The position numbers and the translations under genes were made by a program. DNA of 55,819 nt, filler included, from Platydemus manokwari (taxonomy: Eukaryota), in the NCBI GenBank assembly GCA_037951405.1. It is 5 parts of 5 records of this genome, joined end to end, with 100 filler letters (N's around TTAATTAATTAA, not from the genome) between each part and the next. Parts side by side here need not be neighbours in the genome. Positions count along the whole stretch, not along the records: positions 1 to 13,462 come from JBBMOY011719176.1; positions 13,563 to 22,837 come from JBBMOY011273095.1; positions 22,938 to 36,679 come from JBBMOY011632514.1; 2 more parts are not named here. One strand, written 5' to 3'. This document shows, in pieces, positions 12,748-26,149 of the stretch. Position 1 is the first letter of the stretch, and every line of letters begins with the position of its first letter. The notes under the pieces are model-generated. The model saw only the letters and a program-made list of their open reading frames with translations, did not search any database and was not told where the DNA came from.

Positions 12748-12915
12748 AATTTCTGTTCGCTCGAATTTGCACGTGTCAAGTGATTAAAACAAATAAATAA
12801 ATAAGCTTACCTTTTACTGAAAATTGGCTCTATTTTGGCTTAGAGATATATACGACTTGTAAATCTTTTGGAGCCTTCATAAGCGATGGCTGCAATGATG
12901 GTGGTTTTGTGATGT

Positions 12916-12957
12916 GATAGTGACATATTTCGGTGTTCTATAGGCCTCATCAGTATC
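12916..12957 (-). ncRNA. Degenerate minimal hammerhead ribozyme (Penelope-like element type)
   Basis: Minus strand GATA-CTGATGA-GG(CCTATAGAACA)CC-GAAA-TATGTC-ACTATC: both core boxes, short stem II, near-palindromic stem III, GUC site; stem I offset by 2 nt. Confidence 0.55.
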
Positions 12958-13462
12958 TCGGATCTATCGGTTTATATACCAATTCAAAATCAATTCATCA
13001 AGTAATTCAAAACCCACAACTACTAGTTTAACTAAAATCCCCGATTGGATTTTAAAGTGCTGACGGTCAATGCATTTTGACACAATATTGCAGCCAGAAT
13101 AAATCTTGGCAGAGTCCTAAAATTATTTTAATTAATTATATTCAAATATTATCAATTAATATAAATAGTTGTTAAAAATTACATAAAATTTTCACAAAAT
13201 TTTTATTTAAATTTATTTGATATTAAGTATTTTGGTATTATTTTATTTTACGTTAAGAATCATGTTTTATGGTGTCAAAGTTTTTAAGTTAAGAGAGGTA
13301 ATAATTATTATAAGTATTTACTGTTTTATGTTTTCCTGTATTATCAGCAATGATTAATAAATCAGTTCTTTATATATTGATCAATCATTTCTTATCATAT
13401 CATCTTACTACTTACATCATTAAATATATGTCAACTTATGCATTAAAATAATCAGAATTTTA

Positions 13463-13562
13463 NNNNNNNNNNNNNNNNNNNNNNNNNNNNNNNNNNNNNN
13501 NNNNNNTTAATTAATTAANNNNNNNNNNNNNNNNNNNNNNNNNNNNNNNNNNNNNNNNNNNN
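13463..13562. other. Artificial contig linker (44N-TTAATTAATTAA-44N)
   Basis: Identical 100-bp structure at 22838-22937, 36680-36779 and 45927-46026; the 12-mer gives stops in all six frames. Confidence 0.97.
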
Positions 13563-13644
13563 TGCCCGTTTTCTCCTGCCCTACCGTCTGTCGGCTCTCT
13601 CCCGCGGGTGCTCTTCGCTGAGCGTCCCGGGTGGCCGGCACGTT
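13563..13644 (+). rRNA. 18S rRNA fragment (V4 region), probably foreign, gastropod-like
   Basis: GC-rich island; GGTGCTCTTCGCTGAGCGTCCCGGGTGGCCGGCACGTT matches the 18S V4 segment that precedes the conserved TTTACTTTGAAAAAATTAG. The taxonomic hint is from memory only. Confidence 0.8.
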
Positions 13645-14809
13645 ACCTCAGCAAGTAGCCAGTGAAATCCGAAGCGGATTGAGAAGAGGTCTAATGAATA
13701 GGAGATAAATTGGCAGATTTATGATTCGTCAGTTATCATATAGTTTATCAATTATGAATGTAACAATATGTTCCCAATGGATTATCAATGGTAATTATCC
13801 TTAGTAATAGAATTTAAGTAATTCGGAATTAAGATGAGACAAAGGAAATGACCCTTACTCAGCTCAGTTATTGAAAACAAATCCTCTTCGTAGCAAATAT
13901 CTTCTGGAAAATAATCCTCCTCGAGTTTAGCTGGTTCTGTTATTTCCACTTCCTCAATGCTTTTCGACTTGGTTCAAGATATATCACTTCGTTTCTATAG
14001 TAATGATTTGTTTGCAAATCAACTATCCTGGTGATCGATTTTTCGAGAGTGTGTTCTGCTCTGTTTTCAGCTTGGTATTTATACCGTGCTGTGCCGTCCC
14101 ACGGAATATTATTTTTAGTAATCCGTTTGCCTTTGTTAACGGCCTCATCTTTTCATTTGCATATTCGTGTCTAATCTTATTACTGTTTTTGATATAATTT
14201 TTTATTATCATGATTTTTTTCTAATTTGATTTCATTCTATTATCTTTTATTTTAGTATATATTTATTATACTTCATTATATTGTAGCTTTATATATATAT
14301 ATATATATATATATTTCATTATAATCCTGACACAATATTGTATTTATCTTTTGTTTTATATCTATTTTATTATGATATTTGCGTATCATTACATTTATTA
14401 TTTGTTCTGTCGCTATTCTATTTTTGCTAAAATCTGCCAACCTTTCTCCCTTCGCTTTCTTACATTGTAAAAGATAACATTATAAAAGATATAAAATTGT
14501 GTAAAACATAAAATTGTCATCATTGTTAATCATAACATATAAAGCATAATAATTATCATAAAACACAAGAGTTATCATCATCATGAAATTGTCACACAAA
14601 GTTTCGCAGCAGCAATAAACGTGTTTTGACAATTTGAAAATTGGGATTTAGGACGGCTCAATTTTGAAAATGAATTTCATTTGAATTTGGGTGCATGTTC
14701 CACTCATAGTCAAAGGCTGAGGCCTATGTAGATTTGTTAGTAGGTATCTGTTATGCCCGTAATTGTGCTATATCCAGGATTAAAAGTAAACTGTACTATG
14801 TACAGGGTT

Positions 14810-15910
14810 AAGTGTATGCTTGTGCTCGGGTGGGACTCCCAACAGTGGTAGGATTGCATTTATGTCAAAGCCAATTTCTCTTGAATTTGCGCGCATTTTT
14901 AAATGGCAGCTTATACAAGTCACAGCTCAGAAATCATCGAAATATTCCCTTCCTCTCTTTATTTTCCAAAACAAAGCTTAAATTCATCGAATCAATGGAT
15001 TTTAACAATAATTTAGTTACTTCTTTGTTACTAATTTTATCTAATGCAATTTATTTCAAAAACCTTCGACAAACATTTCAAGAATATGTGTATTGACGAA
15101 TCCAACTTGTAGAGAAATATCTCTTGGCCTAATATATAATGTTGGCTTGTAACGGAAGTTTATGAGTTAAGCACACTTGTTTATACGGAGCAATTAATTA
15201 TTACCACTTACGAGCACAAACTTGATGATTGGAGTTTGAAGTGCCAAAGCTGATTATATATTTGATTCTGTAGGATTCTTTAGTATATTTCGAAGTTTAA
15301 CAAAGCGAAAAAATATTACAAAATAGATGAAGTCATTTCTGTAAATCCAAAAGAAACAGTAAGAGATAAAGACTTGTTATGGAAATCGAAATGAAATATT
15401 TTTAATCTTTTTTCCTATATCGATTTTCATTGATAAATTCAAAAATCATTCAAGCCAATTTTATGAGAATAATATTCTCAGCAACTAAGCACCTTCTCCC
15501 ACAATCGATTTTCAATAGAATCACAGTAATTAATAATAAAATGAACACCAATCAATATATTGTTGGACATTTATTCTGAACTACGGGGAAAATTTGTTCT
15601 GATCATCCGAATTATTAGTTCAAAATAAATCAATAAACTCTCAGCAGTATTTTTCTTAAAGTCCAAAAATTTAACACGTGCTTTGTTTTTGTTGTGTACT
15701 CGAGTTGTTCTTTGACATCAACCGCACCATTTATTGGCTAATTTAATTGTATATAATTTTCGAGCTATATTTTCGATTGATTCCATGACAAATGCGTGGG
15801 AGTCAGCGAAAATATTTTCTACACCATTCTGTAAATTTTAAGACAGAAGCATTCTCAATGTTTCTGTATTTATACGTTTCATACTGATGTTCATTTCTGT
15901 AAATTGGTAT
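14810..15910 (-). pseudogene. Decayed intronless ORF of unknown family
   Basis: Long frame with sparse stops (LVYQFTEMNISMKRINTETLRMLLS*NLQNGVENIFADSHAFVMESIENIARKLY...). No motif recognised. Confidence 0.35.
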
Positions 15911-16965
15911 ACCAATCCTAGTTGATTTAATCGATATTATTTTGGTTTTTAAATGTCTCGTGAATTTTAGCTAGACTAAGAGACTAATAAGTATAATGTG
16001 TAACAAATCTATCTATAATTCAGTCACAGAACCTCATTATAACACCCAATCTACGAGGAATTTTTATCAAATAGTTTTGTATTTTTTTCTTTAATTGATT
16101 TTTTATCATGCTTTAGAATCGCCAAAGCAATTTAAATAAATCGAAAGAAAATCCTTTATTCATTTTGCTCTCCAAGTAATATATATTTTATTTACAGCAA
16201 CTAAACACATATTGGATAAAGTAAACAAAAAAATCTATACCGGGAATTAATTTCCTACAAAGAAAATTCCGTAGACTGACATCAGACTACAGTTTAATCC
16301 GAGATGTATCGGTGTGCTTTTTCTAGTGCAGATTCGATTTGTATTCTTCACTGTAAATTACACGGTAGAAATAAACGATGAATATTCTTAGACATACACT
16401 CTCACACACATGCACACTAATTTGCTGCCTTTTCATCGATGTGAATGAAAATTTCGATTATTAAATTCTGTAATGTTTTTCTGAGAGTAATAACACATGA
16501 TCGAAACAAATGTTCACTTTTTTATAATCAGGATTTTTTTTGATACAATCAATAACGTTCTTATATTAATAATCAACAGAATAAAACAATATTGTCAATA
16601 ACTTTGAAAGGGTCGATAATTTCTGTTATGACTAAGTAGGTAATTATTTGTATTGGATATCTTTAGGAAGATATATTGGTCGAAGAAAAGATTTAAATAA
16701 AAGACAACGAATGAAGACATAATTTTAATAATTTCATGGCATCTGATGGATCTAAACTACAAATGTAAACATGATATGAAATGGTTCCATGAATATATGA
16801 TCAATATACATGTCATTATTATTACTACTGTAATCTTCATTCGTATTATATATAGCCAAAACATGATAAATGATGATAAAAAATGAAAAACACAAGAAAA
16901 TGATGTTATTAATCACTAGAAAATCATCTATCGTAGAAAGTCTAGAACTGAGCCTTCGATTTTTT

Positions 16966-19961
16966 TTATTCACATTTTAGTTCTTGAATCCGATTTTTAA
17001 GACTGTTCAATTCATCTTTGATCTGATTAGGGAGATAATTACCCACTTGCTCTTTGAAATATTTATCAATTTCTTGAACTTCTCTTTCCCAAAACTCCAG
17101 AGGAAGACTGAATAGCTCTTCCATATCAATGTTCGATTTTTCCAGCCCGCTGAGATTGAAATCCGTGATTTGTGGTAAATTACCAACCGGTGTTCTATTG
17201 CAATCGATTTTTCCATCTAATCTTTTCAAAATCCACTCGAGCACTCTAGAATTTTCTCCATAACCTGGCCATATGAATTTACCGGTAACTGATGATTTTC
17301 GGAACCAATTAACGTGATATATTTTCGGTAATTGGAATTGAGGTTTATTGGCGAAACTGAAATCAAGGATATGTTATTTTAAACTCACCAACAAACGATC
17401 CAATGCTATTACCTTAACCAATGTTTTAGATAATCTCCAAAATTGTACCCGAAAAACGGACGCATAGCAAATGGATCGTGCATAATGATATTAGCTTTGT
17501 GTTCTGCTGCCGCTGTGGATTCAGATCTCATTGACGCTCCAATAAATACGCCATGGGCCCAATCTCTGGCTTCGTAAATAAGTGGTACTCCTTCAGGTCG
17601 TCGTCCACCAAACACGATGGCACTAATTGGCACACCGTCAGACGATTCCCAATCTGGATCTATGATTGGGCATTGGGATGCAGGCGTACAAAATCTGGAA
17701 TTCGGATGGGCAGCTTTCGTGCCTTTGGACTAAAATTGAAGAGAATAATAATATCAATGTTTTTCTGTTTAAATATAATTATATCAGGCTTTATAAAACG
17801 AATACATTATATAAGCAAGCATCATTGTATATTTCATTACAAAACGTTTTATGGCATTTGAAATAATGGTTTACGGGTATCCATTGACGACGAGAAATTT
17901 TAAAAATAATTTTCTGTTAAAAGTATAAACTATTACTTAAATAATAATAATGTATTAAATTATTCTGACTGCACTATTAAATCGAAACGGTAAGACGTCT
18001 TAAAATCAATTCAGAACCAAAGTTTTCCGATGAAAAACTTGTATATGTTGCATTTTTCGATTTGAGAGAACAGATAAATTTATTGTAATAACATCAATGT
18101 TTGGCTTGAATTTGTGCTGATGAAAACGTTTCATTTTATATTAACATGGAATAAGGCCAATTGTATGATAGTAATTATTATAATATTCGCGTCGCTTGGA
18201 TACGAGTCGTCAAATGAAATCCACAACTATCTTGTTCTCAACGAATAAATCAATACACACCAATAAATTGCTGGAATATCTAATGATTTGTATCTGATAT
18301 TGAACGTAATATGATTAGAGGTTTCTTCAGAATTGCTTTAATGTTAGTTTTAAATATTAAATCGTCATCAAATAATAATAATAATAATAATAATAATAAT
18401 TATTATTATTATTAGTACTTCGATAATTTCTAATGATGATAAAAACTATGAAAGCAAAATTTATGAAGGTATTTACATTTATTTTAACAGCTGAAATTCT
18501 TAACGCTCGCTATGAAAATTTCCAAATTTTAGCCAGCACTATCTAATGAATTTGTCAAGTTAATATTATAGTTAAAAAATAAACACAAAACCACACCTTA
18601 TTCCACGGATTACCCAACCAATCCGTGATTTGGACATTAGCCATATCGATTTCATCTTCCAAACCTTCCCAAAAGAATCCTCCATCACTCGTTTCGGCTA
18701 CGTTGGTGAAAATCGTATTTTTCTCAATACAACGCATTGCATTGGGATTGGTTTTGTGTGATGTTCCTGGCGCTACACCGAAGAATCCAGATTCTGGATT
18801 GATTCCTCGCAATATTCCTTTGCTATCGAATTTCATCCATGCAATATCATCTCCGATGCATTCGATTTTATATTCCGGTAAACTCGATTCGAGCATAGCT
18901 AAGTTCGTTTTGCCACAAGCCGATGGAAAGGCGGCGGCGATGTAACGTTTGTTTTGATGGGAATCACTGATGGCAAGGATCTTTAATGGTTCATGATATA
19001 TTTATGTCATATTATGAAGTGCTGCATTTTACCAGCATATGCTCTGCTAACCATCCCTCCTTATAACCGAGTATAGAACCCAATCTCAGAGCGAAGCATT
19101 TCTTTCCCAACAGTGAATTCCCCCCATAACCACTACCAAAACTACAGATTTCATTTCTCGATGGAATATGAGCTACAATCGTTCTTTCTGGATCACATGG
19201 CCAACCATTTATGATTTTTTCTATAAAAATGAGGTCATTATTATAGGAAACGAGTTCTTGAATAGATAAAATCTACTTGTCGTAGGCAAAGGAACTCCAA
19301 CACTGTGAATAGATCTGACGAAATCATTACTATTTCCCAATGTTTTGAGAACCTCCCAACCCATTCTTGTCATAATCCTCATGCTTGCGACAACATATGG
19401 CGAGTCCGTTAGTTCTATACCGATTTTTGATATAGACCCTCCTACTGGCCCCATACTAAAGGGAATGACATACATGATTCTCCCTAAGAAAAAATCCCAT
19501 AATCCATAAACAAATACCTACGATTTCTTTACCTTTCATACAGCCTGGAAATCTTTTGTTCAATTCGTTATCCATCATTGCAGGTGACATCCAATTCCCT
19601 AAAGTTCCTGTTATACTACTGTCGATGTCTGGAATAGTTGTATCCTTTCGTGGAGTGCTAATAAACGTTTTCGATTCAACTCGAGCTACATCTGCTGGAT
19701 CAGTTCTGACAAGCCAACAATTCTCATATTTCGTCAATTTTTTAATAGCACCTTGAAAATAATGTATTGTTTAAATGAATCCAATGATACAACAAATTCA
19801 TCCAATTCACCTTGTGATAACATGATATCAATCATTGATCTGTTCTCTTCTTCGGATCCATTGCAAATGTGAATCGAATCTGGCTGGCAAAGATTAGCCT
19901 TTTTCACAATGTATTCCCTAACTGGATCTGACAATTCTTTAACGTACTTGGTGTAATCCAT
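16966..19961 (-). CDS. PCK: Phosphoenolpyruvate carboxykinase [GTP], 7 exons, 618 aa
   Basis: Exons 19961-19811, 19751-19533, 19483-19277, 19220-19033, 18980-18597, 17729-17413, 17356-16966; all introns GT-AG and in phase (59, 49, 56, 52, 867, 56 bp). Motifs [66 protein letters not shown]. No N-terminal transit extension. Confidence 0.98.
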
Positions 19962-22837
19962 CGTTCACGACTTTATTTGAAAAATGATTTTAACTTGAAA
20001 AATAAACGTAAATCGTAAAATCAAATGGAATAGATGCTCACTTACAACTAGTAGATCATAAATAAGAAGTGAACTCCAAGAAAACCAACGAAGTATTTAT
20101 GTATTATGAGAGAGTGTGCGATAATAATAATATAAATAGAATCAATGGCGTATTGTATCTCACAGATGATTCCTCAATTCTGGTTGGTCGAATCAAGTGT
20201 GTATTATCAAATAACAGATCGATATAACACGATGCATGTCAATCTGGTGATTGTACATCGTAAAAGCGTTCATTGAGAATTATGGAAAATTTATTATATT
20301 TTACAAAGCTAAATCTGATGTTTACTGACATGCATCTTTAATTGATTTTAATGAGTATGTCGAATCTGTGTTACTTGGATGCATGATGAGAAATTAATTT
20401 TAATCGTTTCGTTTGCATTATTTTTTTTTTCATTGATAAAATATGCTCCTTAATCCGTGATTTTGAGAATTATTTTTAGAATATCACCGAGTTATTGTGC
20501 TATATTATTTTATCGGTAGTAAAATCATATCATAGCAACAGTAATGTGGTTATCATGACTAATATTATTCACATATCAATTAAGTTCTAATAATAGTTTT
20601 TGATAAAAAAAAACTCAATAATTTATTATCATCAGTATTATATTTATTAACAAAATAATAATATCTTCAGGAATATAATCGCAATCAAAAATATTATCAA
20701 TTATTATTATTGTTGTTAATATTATAATAATTATTATTTTATCATCTGTATGACCTTTATTATTATAGATATTGTTATTATTATCATTGTTATGGCCAAT
20801 ATAACTGTTATTAACATGATTATCATAGTTTCTATTAATAACATGATTATTGTGATCATGATGATGATGATTATTATTATTAATGATAATTCGATCTAAA
20901 ATTTTTCATAAAATGATTATTATTCTCATCAACAATTTTAAGACAATATATTCGAATTTTCAATTCCAAAACCGGAAACAATATTCCATCTATTTCATTC
21001 ACCAAGATTTTCGAAAACATCTATAATATTCTTTATGAAAAAATTATTGAAAAATTATATCGATTTCTACTAATTCTATGCAAAAAAATTCATCTAAAAA
21101 GTCTTTCATTCACCGAGTGTATCTGAAATTAAAACAATAAAAAAATCTATTCCTTATTATCTCCTCGTTGTCATAGTGATAAACATTTCATATATAAAGA
21201 AATTAACTTAATGTAAAGAATAAATGCTAATTGATAAAATCGATTATTTTCCAATGTTGTCTGTGAATTTATGAAGATCAATTTCAATCGGTATCAATAG
21301 GGGGAATCAATAAGATCTACTTTATCGATATTATTTCTCTTATCATCAAACTGTGAGAGAAATCTGAATTTGGTGAATCCCGGTTACAAATGTTTACACA
21401 ACATGTTATTGGCATTTATAAATAAATATGAGCATCTTTCGTTGAGAGCACTCAGTCAATGCAAATAATTATGTAATATGATTTCTTGTAGACGGTTAAA
21501 TTAGTTTATTTCGATTTATTCTAAATCATGATTATCAAAATAATTCTCTTCTTTTTTACACAATTCAATCTAATAACGATTATTTTAAAAAGCTTTCTTT
21601 ATAACCCTCTTGCATTCTTTCAAATCTCTAAGATCGTTTTCATTTTATTATTAATATTTCATCAGCGTGTTTAGTCTGAAAATCAAGTGTTGCAAATCCG
21701 ATCCTTTGCTTGAGCTGCTAATTGACGATCGAATGAGTGTTTCTTGATACCAAAGCACAAGAATAGCAACAAAAGACTAATATATCACATTTCTGTCGAA
21801 ATAAACAGCATTGGTTTTCATAACCAATCAACGGAGGCCTTGGTAAATCAATGCCAGAACAAATAAGATTGGCAAAGTCATGATCATATATCTCTAGCAA
21901 TGATAGAATTTATAAGGTGCTAATCACAAGGTAAAATCAATGTGACACAACTAAAATGTCACAAGGTTAAACTTATCACCATCGCTAACCATCTAAATGA
22001 AGTGATATGCATATCTAGGGTTTGCACTCTCAGTTGAAAACTGATACGTACTCAAACTGTAACTCTGTATCCATGTGTGAAAGGAAGAAAATTTGCATTC
22101 AATGTTGTTTAAATGATCGAAAAATAATAATTTTAATCACCATTTATGCGACAAATGAAATTAGATCATTCTAAATCACACCCGCCACATTGACATTTGG
22201 TCCACAATGCTCATGTGATGATTAACAATACGATGATACTTGACATCAATATAAGGGCTTCAAAGAAATACTATTAACTATTTATAAAGGCGTATTTTAT
22301 TTTTATTTTTATATTCGACCAACATTTACGGAGATGAGTGATAAAATGTCAATTATATTAGGTCGTTTATATGGTAATATTATCTATACCACCAAAAATG
22401 ACTAAATTCCAAAACGATATTTATATCCATTTTGATCGACGTAATCGAATGAGTTTGACGAACAGATATACTTGTTTTCGAGTCGATAGGTTGTACGATT
22501 TTACATCGATTTTTTAGTGCAACATGCGAGAACTAAAGTTTTTTCAAATTCTATCTTGAAATCTGTTGAGCTTAGCACAATTTTTTGTCGTAATGATTCT
22601 TTCAGAATACACGTCAATATTTAGTTTTTGTTATTAAACGACCACCCTCTGACTCTAGATAGAAAATTTCGGCAATAACGCTGATTAATTCTTCTTTAAT
22701 TTGGATATCAATTATAAGAATAGAATCATGGAATGTTAAAGTAATACCAGTTTAAAAGATTTGGTAAAATAATTATTGGTATCATAATTAGACCGGGAAA
22801 TTGTACACACTATCCTCACCTGTTAAACAATATTGAT

Positions 22838-22937
22838 NNNNNNNNNNNNNNNNNNNNNNNNNNNNNNNNNNNNNNNNNNNNTTAATTAATTAANNNNNNN
22901 NNNNNNNNNNNNNNNNNNNNNNNNNNNNNNNNNNNNN
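22838..22937. other. Artificial contig linker
   Basis: 44N-TTAATTAATTAA-44N. Confidence 0.97.
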
Positions 22938-23100
22938 AAAACAATATATTATATTGTCTTGTGTACTAGTATCATGTACTAGCATTAAAAAAATTATTGT
23001 CTATAAATATGTAAAATAATAATATAGGTGAAACCCAACTAGAAAAAATTCATTGAAATTCCAAATATAATAAATTAATTTATAAAATAACATCATGCAA

Positions 23101-23515
23101 TGTATTATCGCACAATAATATCGATAAATAAATTGCCACATATTATTGCGCACAATAAATATAGCCAATGATTAAAATGTTCAGTTGATTAGATTTAATT
23201 AGAAAGAATATTTCTCTGCATAATAAATTTAATCAAAGCGAATTTCTATCTCTGATAAATAAATTCAACCGAGAAAATAACAAATGCACTGGCATTAAAT
23301 TTAATCGCAGGGAATGTCTGCGAGTGATTCATCACTACCTATATAAGAGTGCAGTCACAAGTAACGCTGCCATTTTAACATATTATTGAAGAAAATTACT
23401 ACAATTGGGGATAGAGTACATTGTTCTGCATTCAAGAACAGCGCGAGAGAAAATCATTCAATGTAAGAGATCAGGATTTCCCTATATGCTCAGTATTTTA
23501 CAGGAAGACCCCACA
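23101..23515 (+). promoter_or_regulatory. LTR-like / promoter-like block
   Basis: AGCCAAT at about 23163, four loose AAATTTAATC...GAAT repeats (23190-23320), CTATATAAGAG at 23339; could be bounded by TG...CA, but no target-site duplication found. Confidence 0.3.
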
Positions 23516-25843
23516 ATAAGATACAATTGCATAATTCACCAATTTATATTATATTGTCTATTTCTTATTATAGACTAATTGGTTTGGCTCTACGAGAAGG
23601 AGTTTATTAACCGTTTCTTGAGCCAAGAGTTGTTAAGGATCGTTAATAAGTTGATATATAGTGTGGTATTAAAATCAATTTGTAATTTTTATTTTACTAT
23701 TTTATTTGTTAGCCAGTTTGTGTCAGTGTTTATTATTAATAATCATTTGTAATAACAAGCCTTGGTTTTTGATTAAATATGGATCATAAATCATTGTTCA
23801 TTGTCATGGGTGTCAACATGATGTGGAATTGAGGTTATATTAATTGAGACTGATAGTTAAGATATATCACTATTGCTATACCTATTGTCTTCACACAATA
23901 CGGTTGTGCGATGTGAAAATTAAACAAAACAAGGTACATTACATCTGTGGCCTTAATCAAGAGCACATTGAGACTGGTTAAGACAATAGTGATATAAAAT
24001 AGAAATAAGATTTATAAAATAATAAAATTTTCAATTGAAAAGTTCAATTGGAACTTGGGTATAATACATTAAATCAAAACATGACACAAAAATTACATAT
24101 AAATTTTATGTTAAGATGCTTATCTACCAAATTGAAAGTCAAGTTTTATTTTGTGGTTTTATATTGGTTATTGTAGTTTTTGTTGAATTTAAGAGGCATT
24201 TCTGTACTTATCGATTAATACCATTTAGTGAAATATAAATGGCAACTTTCAATTCTTTTGGATCACAACACTACAAATGGTACGAATGATGGGAGTACGA
24301 GTATAAACGGCATAGTGGAATCTTTCTATACTCTTCTTAGAAATAACTAGACTTCTCATTTCCCTAGCTGCAATGATTGACTTCGGAGACAGTAGGCGAC
24401 TCTACTGGTAGCTAATTCTTTGATGAATAAGCGTCTTTACATTTGATAATTAAATAGTGAACTTTATAAATCTTGTTCTCAATTATTAATATAATTTATT
24501 ACAATTCATAGTATTTATATATATAAAATCTCTTTATGGGGAAAATTACAATCAGACCTTTATTGCTGAGACAGATTTGGATAAGTTGGTGAAACTTTAG
24601 ATCTTTGGAGTCAGATCAAAATATTATTCGATTATCGAACTCATCATTAAGAACGCTAATTTGTAAAAAACCGTTAATTTCACAGTTTTTAAGAAACCTT
24701 TTCAGTATATTTAAATTACTTGGATAAGTATCAGTAAAAAAATTTTTAAAAAATGTCTATTGTGTTGACTATAAATTTTCCATTAATTTTTTATTGGTTT
24801 CCTAACAGACAAGACTTTGAAGTTAAATTAATTTTATGATAAACAAACCCCAAACTTAGTTATAACAAATACTTTTTTTTAAAAAATTGATATTACTGTC
24901 CCACAGATGTGAATAGAATTAAATTATTTGAGTATAGCCAATAACAACCTGATTTCGATCACTTCCGTCTCTAATTCAAGTAAAAAAAGAGATGGAAAAA
25001 TTTGGGTTTTAAGTGAAAAATCTGGCTGACCTGATATTGAAGTCACTTTTCCATTGCAAAGTATTTACTTAATGAACCTAGAGCCACTGGTGGCAAATGA
25101 TGATGCTTATTTTAAAAATTAAAAGAAACTCCCATTTCGTTCTTTTTATACTTGCTTTTGGAAAAAATTTACAAAATTCATTGGTAGTTTTTAAGAATTG
25201 ATTTATAATGATTTATAATATACTTTTACCAAACATGACAAGCCTGGAAATGGAATAACAGAATAAGAAATGTTATTATTTTTTAGATTAAAATTTAATT
25301 TAAATCGATGTTTGCTAATATTCAGATATTGTTTCAAACAATTTAGCTTTTATAACAGTTAAATTGCAGCTTGTAGAAAGCTAATAAAAGTCATTTAAAA
25401 TATTTTATTTTCCATTTTATCTGTTACTGATAATACCCATTTTATCTATAAAATCAAACATAAAAAAGATAATATTCTTATGGTAATCAGATTTTTATTA
25501 CTCCTTTGATTTGTAAGTTTTTCAAATCAGTTTTAAATCTAATTTGATTACTTATAAAATTTTATTTGATTTAAATTTTACAAACAATCGATACAACAAT
25601 GAATACTTGTATTTTAAAATAAATTTTATTATTTTTTATAATAATTGAATACAAGATTTATTTATTTATTGCCTTGATAAAGTTATTTGTATAGAAACAT
25701 GAAAATTTCATTTATTTTAAATTTTAAATAACCGACACCTATAATAACAGTGATAAAAATAATGATGGACCCAATAAAAAGCTCGAATTTGCAGATCAAA
25801 TGAAAAATAATGTAGTAAACCTTTCAGACAATGAATTTCCAAT

Positions 25844-26149
25844 TCAACCATAAATATGAAAAGGATTTGGTGGATTATTTTCGTAGGAATTGATCACGTA
25901 ATGCCTTGAGTATTCCTTCTCGTCTGATAATCTTTTCTCGAATCTTAATTTTCGTTGCAAAAACAAAGCAATAAAGAATTGAAAGAATCCAGATATCAGA
26001 ATTATGGCACCAATAACGAATAGAGTAACATCCGGAAAATCATCCACTCCCTTTGCTGTTGTCAGCGTTCCGATAACAACGCATGGTACACTTAAGACAA
26101 ACAAGATCCAAATAGCGTAAATTCTTTTATCGGATTGTTGGCAAATCAT
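25844..26149 (-). CDS. Intronless 101-aa two-helix membrane protein
   Basis: ATG-TGA ORF with two clear hydrophobic helices, a basic stop-transfer segment (QRKLR) and tail YENNPPNPFHIYG. Confidence 0.6.
   Translation of the reverse strand: MICQQSDKRIYAIWILFVLSVPCVVIGTLTTAKGVDDFPDVTLFVIGAIILISGFFQFFIALFLQRKLRFEKRLSDEKEYSRHYVINSYENNPPNPFHIYG

Noticed and set aside
13507-13518. Recurrent palindrome TTAATTAATTAA as a biological motif
   Set aside because: Always centred between two 44-N runs; assembly linker.
14791-14811. piggyBac-like end (hairpin CTGTAC-TAT-GTACAG then GGTTAA)
   Set aside because: No matching TTAACCC partner end found on this contig.
17553-19756. Plus-strand ORFs over PEPCK (17553, 17666, 18625, 19556) and ORFs 16752 and 17007
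   Set aside because: Antisense or alternate-frame shadows of the PEPCK gene.
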